A DNA stretch of 64,000 nt from Truepera sp. (GTDB lineage Bacteria; Deinococcota; Deinococci; Deinococcales; Trueperaceae). Shown here piece after piece: positions 57,480 to 64,000 of this stretch (positions are counted from its first letter, which is position 1; every line of letters starts with the position of its first letter). The stretch is taken from positions 3,424,001-3,488,000 of the forward strand of contig CBDCKW010000009.1 in the NCBI GenBank assembly GCA_965218435.1, read 5' to 3'. The notes beneath the pieces were generated by a model that worked only from the letters and a program-made list of their open reading frames with translations, had not been told where the DNA came from and made no database searches. The position numbers and the translations under genes are program-made.

Positions 57480-58310
57480 TCAGGGCGCGTCTGCCAGCGG
57501 GTCGGGGTAGAGAAAAGTAAACCCCAGCGTATCTACCAGCGCCTCGCTACTCACAAGCTTGTAACCCTGCATATGCGGCTCTACAAAGTGCGGTGGGGCT
57601 AACCCCAGATGTTCGGTCTGCCGGGTATAGACCTCGCGCCGGGTCGGATGCTGCGGGGCGCACACATTCAAGGTTACGCCTTTGATACCTTGCTCGAGCA
57701 CTCCTACCACAGCCCTAACTACATCATCACGGTGAACCAGATTGACTCTAGCCTCGCCCCCGGAAACGTCCCTTCCGGCGAGGCGGCGGCCCGGTTGCCG
57801 GTCGTAACCGTAAAGCCCGGCAAGGCGGAGCATCACACCGTTTCTCTCCCGTAAAAGTTTTTCGGCAGCCAAAATAGCCCGCCCCGACGCGCTGATGCTG
57901 TTTTCAGCGTTGCCGCCTGCGTCGGCTTCGGTGACGGTGCAGCCCGAATCAGGGTAGACCGAGGTCGAGCCGGTCAAAATAATCTGCGTGCCCTCCGGCG
58001 TCTTTGCCAGAGCGGCAGCAATTTGCGCCGGGTAGCGCGTCTCGACGTCCGGTTTACGGCGTCCGGGCGGCAGCGTGATAATCAGCGTGTCAACGTCGAA
58101 AAATCCGTCGGTGTCACCCTCTGGGGTGGGGGAGAGCTCGAGCCTTTGCCCCCGAACCCCTGCGGCTGAGAGCGCCCCCAACTTGTCCGCGTGCGTGACT
58201 GAACCCCGGACAAAGCAGCCGCGCCGGACGAGTTCTGCGGCGAGTGGCAAACCCAACCAACCGCACCCCAGCACGCTGACGTTCATCTCTGATAGGTTGT
58301 TTTCAGACAC
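57480..58310 (-). CDS. NAD-dependent epimerase/SDR (YeeZ-like)
   Basis: GCGWLG.PLA, STSVY, LRLAGLYG..R.PG, VNLVHRDD. Confidence 0.85.
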   Translation of the reverse strand: MSENNLSEMNVSVLGCGWLGLPLAAELVRRGCFVRGSVTHADKLGALSAAGVRGQRLELSPTPEGDTDGFFDVDTLIITLPPGRRKPDVETRYPAQIAAALAKTPEGTQIILTGSTSVYPDSGCTVTEADAGGNAENSISASGRAILAAEKLLRERNGVMLRLAGLYGYDRQPGRRLAGRDVSGGEARVNLVHRDDVVRAVVGVLEQGIKGVTLNVCAPQHPTRREVYTRQTEHLGLAPPHFVEPHMQGYKLVSSEALVDTLGFTFLYPDPLADAP

Positions 58311-58327
58311 GCTCTTAATCTAACCGA

Positions 58328-59635
58328 TTACACCTCATCCGGCAATTCCTGCTCGAGCCGCCGCACCGAAGGGAGCAGGTAAGTCATGGCCGTCGTCACG
58401 ACGATCAGGGAACCTGTCATAACGGTCAGCAAGCCCATCCCGCGCCCTTCCCCCACGCCTAAGACTTGGCCGACCGACCCAGCTAAACCGCCACCGGGCA
58501 TAAGCAGCGGCCTGAACACAAACTCTGCTAGCGGCCCGACCAACAGGTAGGCAAAGGGCTCGCCAACGAAGGCTAAGGTTTGTTTCGTGGCAAACACCCG
58601 CCCTTGCACCTCAGGTGCGACCTTGCGCTGGAATAGGGCGCTGCCTGCTGCACCAGCTACCGCGAAGGAAAAGTAGAATACAAATAGCCCCGCAGCGATA
58701 AGTGCAGGAGAGGGTCTAAGCCCGACCAACACGATGCCGACGCCGCTTACCAGCAGAAAGCCGAGGTTGACCTTAATAAGACGGTTTGAAGGCCCCCACG
58801 TCGCCATAAAGAGGCCGCCCAACACCATGCCCGAGCCGCCTATAGACAGCACTACTCCCAGCACCTTGGAAGTTGCAAACGATAATATGAGGGGCGTTGT
58901 TAAGACCAACCCAAAGTTGTTGAGGAAGTTGTAAAGCATGTAGAACAGCTGGAGCTTAAAGAGGCCACGCCGACGGGTGAGGTAGCGCCAACCGGTCAGC
59001 AGGTCATGCCAGACAGTTCCTAGTTCCTCCGTCTTCTTCTCGAGCCGGGGAAAACGCACCAGCAGCAACGTTGCTAGGGCGACCGTGAAGGTTGCTAGGT
59101 CTACAGCAATGACCCCTTCCAGCCCCATTACAGCTAACAAGAAGCCCGCTGCTACCGGCGCGACCAGGCGGCCCGAGGCTCCGCTGAGCTGAACGAGACC
59201 GTTTGCACGACCGAGTAATGTTTTAGGTACAAGTAGACTCACGCTGGCGCTGTAGGCCGGACCCTGAAATACGTTTGCGACCGAGTTGAAGAGCGTAGTG
59301 AGGTAAACGTGCCAGACCTCGAGCCTTCCTGCTAAAAGTAAAACCAGGAGAAGTGCGGAACTGAGAGCGGCCACTGTATCGCTCAAGACCATCACGCGCC
59401 TGCGGCTGTACCGGTCAACGACGACCCCAGCAAAGGGCGAGAGCATGACAAAGGGCAGAACCTCGAACAGCACGGTGAGTGAAAATTGAGTGGCCGAACC
59501 GGTGCGCTCGAAGACCCACCAGGCCGCAGCGAACGCGGTCAGGCTCGAGCCGAGGGTAGACACGAATTGACCGGTCCACACGACCAAAAACGTGTTCCAG
59601 GTCGTTCCAGAAGTTACGCTTGTCGTCCTAGCCAC
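58328..59635 (-). CDS. MFS transporter (DHA3/macrolide-efflux-like)
   Basis: WTGQFVS.LGS.LT.FA, G..VDRY.RRRVM, QGRVFA. Confidence 0.88.
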   Translation of the reverse strand: MARTTSVTSGTTWNTFLVVWTGQFVSTLGSSLTAFAAAWWVFERTGSATQFSLTVLFEVLPFVMLSPFAGVVVDRYSRRRVMVLSDTVAALSSALLLVLLLAGRLEVWHVYLTTLFNSVANVFQGPAYSASVSLLVPKTLLGRANGLVQLSGASGRLVAPVAAGFLLAVMGLEGVIAVDLATFTVALATLLLVRFPRLEKKTEELGTVWHDLLTGWRYLTRRRGLFKLQLFYMLYNFLNNFGLVLTTPLILSFATSKVLGVVLSIGGSGMVLGGLFMATWGPSNRLIKVNLGFLLVSGVGIVLVGLRPSPALIAAGLFVFYFSFAVAGAAGSALFQRKVAPEVQGRVFATKQTLAFVGEPFAYLLVGPLAEFVFRPLLMPGGGLAGSVGQVLGVGEGRGMGLLTVMTGSLIVVTTAMTYLLPSVRRLEQELPDEV

Positions 59636-59681
59636 CTTGATAAAGCCTCATGGCTCAAGCATGTAGAGTAGGCTTATTCAA

Positions 59682-60356
59682 ATGGAACCCCAAGTTTTGA
59701 AAAAGACCTGGCACGTGGTTGAAGACGCCGATGCAGCGCAGGCGCTGACCGACCCGAAAGAGCAACGCTACTTACTGCCTTTTATCCGCGAGGAGCTGTC
59801 ATTGAGCGAGGCGGCGAGCCGCTTAGGGGTCAAACCCAACGCACTGCTCTACCATGTCAACAAGTTGCTGGGGCTAGGACTACTCGAGGTTGCTCAAATC
59901 CGGCGGCGTAAGGGGCGCGCGAGCAAGCTGTACAGGGCGAGCGCAGAGCGGTTTTTTATCCCCTTCTCGCTGACCCGAGCCGATACGGTGGAGAGCCTCT
60001 CTACGGAGACGAGCGTGCGGTCTGAGCGGGCGTTCCAACGAGATTTGATAGCTGCTGAAATAGGGGTCGGTGACGATTGGGGCGTCGCCATTTACGTCAT
60101 GGCAGATGGCAGTCTGAGCATCGACCTAATCGCCTCGCGAGAACACCCCACCGAAGACACGGCGTTTATCTTAAATGCCCACCACCCGGCGGTCTGGTCG
60201 AGTTGGCTCGAGCTAAACCTCGGCTTCGAGGAAGCGAAAGAGCTTCAGAGCGAACTTGTAGACTTGTGGAACCGGTACAAACAGCTGCGTAATCATGACG
60301 AGCCGAGCTACACGCTGCGCTTGGGGCTCGCTCCGGTCAAGGAAGCCGTTCCTTAA
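59682..60356 (+). CDS. Winged-helix (ArsR-like HTH) regulator divergent from the MFS gene
   Basis: SLSEAA..LGV....LLYHV.KL..LGLL, R.GRA.KLY. Confidence 0.75.
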   Translation: MEPQVLKKTWHVVEDADAAQALTDPKEQRYLLPFIREELSLSEAASRLGVKPNALLYHVNKLLGLGLLEVAQIRRRKGRASKLYRASAERFFIPFSLTRADTVESLSTETSVRSERAFQRDLIAAEIGVGDDWGVAIYVMADGSLSIDLIASREHPTEDTAFILNAHHPAVWSSWLELNLGFEEAKELQSELVDLWNRYKQLRNHDEPSYTLRLGLAPVKEAVP

Positions 60357-60422
60357 GCCTCAGCGACGATAAAAGTGCCAGCCGATGCGCCGTCCCACTA
60401 TCCCCAGGTGGCTGGACAGTAC

Positions 60423-60773
60423 TCAGCTGCGCCGCGCTTCGGTCTTGGCCGCTTTTTCGGCAAACTCGCGGGCGAAGTGCTTGATGTCCGACATCAGCTC
60501 GTCGTTGTTGGTGGCATTTTTGTAGGTGTCGGCGAGCGTCAGCAGTGTTTGAAAAAAGAAGTCGTTCATATCTTCGACGCTCATCTCTTTCGTCCACAGG
60601 TCAATGCGGAGCGAGTTGCGCTCCTGCGCGTCCCACAGGGCTAAGATCATCGCCCGGGCGTCTTGCGCACCGGGCAGCGGCGCGTCGGTGGCGCTCCAGC
60701 GGATGGTGTGGATGTCGTCATGGGCGTCACGTTGGACGCGAATATGAATGTCGGCAGAAGGGTTCTGACTCAT
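60423..60773 (-). CDS. gldC: GldC-family protein
   Basis: WSATD, AMILALWD, LRIDLWTKEM.V.DM..FFFQTL..LADTY..AT, FAEK. Confidence 0.8.
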   Translation of the reverse strand: MSQNPSADIHIRVQRDAHDDIHTIRWSATDAPLPGAQDARAMILALWDAQERNSLRIDLWTKEMSVEDMNDFFFQTLLTLADTYKNATNNDELMSDIKHFAREFAEKAAKTEARRS

Positions 60774-60826
60774 AAGCGCATCATACTAGGCCACCGTTTT
60801 TGAGCCTGTCTATTAGACTGAGCTGC

Positions 60827-62095
60827 ATGACCGCAGACGAAGCTGTCACGCTTTTGCACGGCGCGTTTCAGGTCGCGTTAGACGCAGCGAACCCGGCGCA
60901 TACGCTCCCTGAGTATCTGCCGCCGCCACCTCGAGGCCGGTTGGTGATCGTCGGTGCAGGTAAAGCGGCGGCGGGGATGGCTCGAGTAACGGAAGCGTTT
61001 TATAAGACACAGTATCCGAAAGTAGGGCTCGAGGGCCTTGTTATCACCCGTTACGGTCACCTCGATGTACAGGGTGCCCCAACTGGGCAGATTAGAGTCG
61101 TAGAGGCGTCGCACCCGGTGCCTGACGCGGCGGGCGTCGCGGCTACCGAACAGATTTTAGTGTTGGCTGAGGGTCTCGGCAAAGATGACCTGCTCGTGTG
61201 CCTGCTTTCGGGCGGCGGTTCGGCGCTCTTGTGTGCGCCGGACGGCGTGACGCTCTCCCAAAAGGCAGCGTTGACCGGGGCGTTGCTACGCTCCGGCGCG
61301 GATATTACCGAGATGAATACGGTAAGAAAGCATCTCTCGAGGGTCAAAGGGGGCGGACTGGCGCGGGCCGCGTTTCCTGCCAGGGTCGTATCTCTGATTG
61401 TCTCAGACGTTGCCGGTGACGACCTCAGCGTGATTGCGTCGGGGCCGACCGTACCCGACCCCAGCACCTTGGCTGAAGCTAGAGCGGTTTTAGAAAGGTA
61501 CGGGCTCGAGCCTCCCTCTCACCTCAGCAGCGCCTCTGAAACCCTCAAACCGGGTGACGCTATCTTTAAGCGAGTCCAAAACCACCTCATCGCTTCAGCG
61601 CAGGGGATGTTGGAGGCCACGGCCACGTTTTTTCGTGAGCACGGCGTAACACCGCTGATTTTAAGTGAATCGGTTACTGGCGAGGCGCGCGAGATTGCTA
61701 AAATGCACGCAGCCATCGCGCGGCAGGTGCGGATGCACGGGGAACCGCTCGAGCCGCCTTGTGTGCTGCTCTCCGGTGGTGAAACGACCGTGACGGTACG
61801 GGGCAACGGGCGGGGCGGGCGTAACTGTGAGTTTGCGCTGTCGTTGGCACTTGCGTTGGGCGGGCTCGAGAGAGTTTACGCGCTGGCTGCCGATACCGAC
61901 GGGATTGACGGCACCGAAGATGCTGCGGGCGCGCTCATCACGCCGCGAACTTTGTCTCTCGTAGGCCGCGCCGAAGCGCAACGTTACTTAGATGACAACG
62001 ATGCTTACAGCTTTTTTGAGCGGGCCGGTGGGCTTATCTGCACCGGCCCGACGCTGACGAACGTCAACGATGTGCGAGTAATTTTAGTGCTCTAA
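60827..62095 (+). CDS. Glycerate kinase type 2 (MOFRL/TtuD family)
   Basis: GAGKAA, HPVPD, LSGGGSAL, NTVRKHLS.VKGG, SGGETTV, GGRN.E, TDG.DG, TNVND. Confidence 0.92.
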   Translation: MTADEAVTLLHGAFQVALDAANPAHTLPEYLPPPPRGRLVIVGAGKAAAGMARVTEAFYKTQYPKVGLEGLVITRYGHLDVQGAPTGQIRVVEASHPVPDAAGVAATEQILVLAEGLGKDDLLVCLLSGGGSALLCAPDGVTLSQKAALTGALLRSGADITEMNTVRKHLSRVKGGGLARAAFPARVVSLIVSDVAGDDLSVIASGPTVPDPSTLAEARAVLERYGLEPPSHLSSASETLKPGDAIFKRVQNHLIASAQGMLEATATFFREHGVTPLILSESVTGEAREIAKMHAAIARQVRMHGEPLEPPCVLLSGGETTVTVRGNGRGGRNCEFALSLALALGGLERVYALAADTDGIDGTEDAAGALITPRTLSLVGRAEAQRYLDDNDAYSFFERAGGLICTGPTLTNVNDVRVILVL

Positions 62096-62986
62096 AGGGC
62101 TGACCCACGTTTCCAGCGTGTTCAGCAGTCTACTCGTTTCTTTGTGGTTACTCTTGACCAAAAAAGTAAGTGCAAAGAGGGCTGCGTACCAAGAAACGAC
62201 TGCTCGTTTTGTCTCGTCCAAATTATAAGCTCGGCAAAGTTCTTCGACATAATCAAGGTGCTCAGGGCCTACATCTAAGACAATCGCTGCTGCGGTCAGG
62301 CCGAGCGTCCACAGTGGGTCGCCGTAACACATCACGTCAAAATCAACGAGTCCGCTGAGGGTTCCGTTTTGAACGATGACATTTTTGATGGTGAGGTCGT
62401 CTAAAAAGCAGGTGGGCACGACCTGCTCGAGATAGCTTGCAAACATGTCCGTCAGGGCAAAAACACGGTTGCGCCAACAGGTTAGAGGGGGCTCGAGCTT
62501 GACCGGCAAATCTTTACGGGTTTCCGCTAAAACCAGGTCTCGCCAGGTCGTGAAAGGGGCGACCTCACCGATGGACGCGTAGCCAAAGCCAGCTCCTAAA
62601 GGCAACGTCGCTACAGTGCGCTGGTAACCGACAATCTGCTCAGCCAGACGCTTCTTTTGCATCAGGGTCATCGTGCTGAGTTCATAACGCAAATCGCATC
62701 CGGGCAGTTTGTCCAGCACCATATACGCCGCCGAGTAACGCGTTTTAGTCAAGTTTTGGACGACGAGGTTGGATACGGGGAGCCCGAGCCCGCGCAAGAC
62801 GGTAAGGTTGTGCGCCGTACCAGAAAAAACAGCTGAACTTGCGTTGGTCCGCACGATAAGCGCACGACCTGGCAAAGTGACCTCGTAGGAAACGCTGCTG
62901 TGTCCGAAGGTTAGATGGGTCACGGCTGCAGGTGTTTCAGCAAACGTTTCGGTGATAAGCTGCGTGACTTGTTCCGGGGTCATCAA
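62084..62986 (-). CDS. Aminoglycoside phosphotransferase-like kinase
   Basis: DDLTIKNVIV, GLVDFD...GDPL. Confidence 0.75.
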   Translation of the reverse strand: MMTPEQVTQLITETFAETPAAVTHLTFGHSSVSYEVTLPGRALIVRTNASSAVFSGTAHNLTVLRGLGLPVSNLVVQNLTKTRYSAAYMVLDKLPGCDLRYELSTMTLMQKKRLAEQIVGYQRTVATLPLGAGFGYASIGEVAPFTTWRDLVLAETRKDLPVKLEPPLTCWRNRVFALTDMFASYLEQVVPTCFLDDLTIKNVIVQNGTLSGLVDFDVMCYGDPLWTLGLTAAAIVLDVGPEHLDYVEELCRAYNLDETKRAVVSWYAALFALTFLVKSNHKETSRLLNTLETWVSPLEH

Positions 62987-62989
62987 CCC

Positions 62990-64000
62990 TTAGCCGACGC
63001 CCTCTTGGAGTTGCCGCACTGCGCTGGTCGCTCCCGGCGAAACAAGCGCCGTGATTTCGTCACCGGCCTCGAGCACCGTATCGGCCGTAACGACCCGCTC
63101 CGTCAGCGCCCGTTTGAGCGTGACCAAAATGCAGCCGTTGGGGAGCCCCAAAGCCCGCACCGCCTCACCGTCAAAGGGTGCGCCGGGTTGCACCGTCAGC
63201 GTGAGCAGGAGCGCACCTTCGTCGGACACAGGGATCGTATCTTCGGGGACGTCACGGTTGAGTTCGCGGGCCAAAAGCGCGTCGTAAACGGGCGGGACGC
63301 CGAACCCTTCAGCGACGATGTAGGCGCTGAAACACGCGAGCATGAGGGGGAGCATCTGCCCGTAATTCCCGGTCATTTCGACGATTAAAACCAGGCCCGT
63401 CAGAGGTGCCCGGACAACGCCGGTAAAAACAGCCGCCATCCCTACGACCGCGAGCGCCTCGGAGTCAATGCCGAGTTGTGGGAAGCTCAGGTGCGACACG
63501 TCCCCTAAACCCGTCCCGAGCAGCGCACCGAGCACCAAGAGCGGCGCAAAAATACCGCCGGGGGTACCGATGGCGTAGCTGCCGAGGGTCAGCACGTAGC
63601 GGAGCAGCAACAGCGGTACGATGGCAAGCAGCAGGGTATGACCCGCAAGTGTCTGCTCAATCAACCCGTCACCGGCGCTGATACTGCCCGGAAAAAAAAT
63701 TGCGATTACCCCGATGATGCCGCCGACGCCCGCAGCCGTCACGAGCGGGCTCCAGGGAAGCTTGGTTATCCCATCTAAGGTTAAAAGCAGCCCTTGGGTA
63801 AAGGCGACGCTGATCAGACCCGCAAGCACGCCGAGAACCGGGTAGAGGAAAAGCGTGCCGAGGGCGGGCGCGGCGTAAAACGGGATGTCGTAAACGGGTT
63901 GCTGACCGTTAGCAAAACGCGTCACCACGTCGGCGATGACCGAGGCGATGAGGGCCGCGCCGAAGACGTTCGGGGTAAAACCGCGCTGGATTTCCTCGAG
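62990..64000 (-). CDS. ClC H+/Cl- transporter with C-terminal TrkA-C domain (5' end outside window)
   Basis: GGIFAP, GMAA.F.GVVRAPLT...L..EMT, P.YD.LL; RCK-C-like tail; frame open to the window end. Confidence 0.88.
   Translation of the reverse strand, partial: LEEIQRGFTPNVFGAALIASVIADVVTRFANGQQPVYDIPFYAAPALGTLFLYPVLGVLAGLISVAFTQGLLLTLDGITKLPWSPLVTAAGVGGIIGVIAIFFPGSISAGDGLIEQTLAGHTLLLAIVPLLLLRYVLTLGSYAIGTPGGIFAPLLVLGALLGTGLGDVSHLSFPQLGIDSEALAVVGMAAVFTGVVRAPLTGLVLIVEMTGNYGQMLPLMLACFSAYIVAEGFGVPPVYDALLARELNRDVPEDTIPVSDEGALLLTLTVQPGAPFDGEAVRALGLPNGCILVTLKRALTERVVTADTVLEAGDEITALVSPGATSAVRQLQEGVG

Overview
64 kb of bacterial chromosome, about 55-60% GC by eye. I infer a Deinococcota (Trueperaceae-like) host from the protein families, the many leaderless -10/start arrangements and strong CTCGAG enrichment; this is not confirmed by any search. 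Most of the window is housekeeping and metabolic genes: hisZ-hisG, proB, asd, a split mnmC, menC/NAAAR, trmFO, polyamine ABC permeases, acyl-CoA ligase and dehydrogenase, glycerate kinase and a ClC transporter. Lower-GC accessory islets are interspersed: higBA with a GIY-YIG nuclease, an Abi-like gene with vapBC and mazG, and a 32-38 kb island. Three elements missing from the ORF track stand out. (1) In the 32-38 kb island, a 50-aa secreted peptide gene converges on a TPR + winged-helix/BTAD-type regulator. The peptide gene shares a divergent promoter region, carrying 11-bp-phased GTAAC repeats, with two paralogous beta-helix lipoproteins; this is a candidate peptide-signalling circuit. (2) An approximately 180-nt multi-stem RNA with paired ends and its own extended -10 promoter lies before an amine/polyamine catabolic operon. 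(3) An arsR / arsM-arsN2 fusion operon ends in a 29-aa, 9-Cys metallothionein-like peptide gene. I saw no rRNA, tRNA, CRISPR array or transposase. All product calls come from motif recognition by eye.
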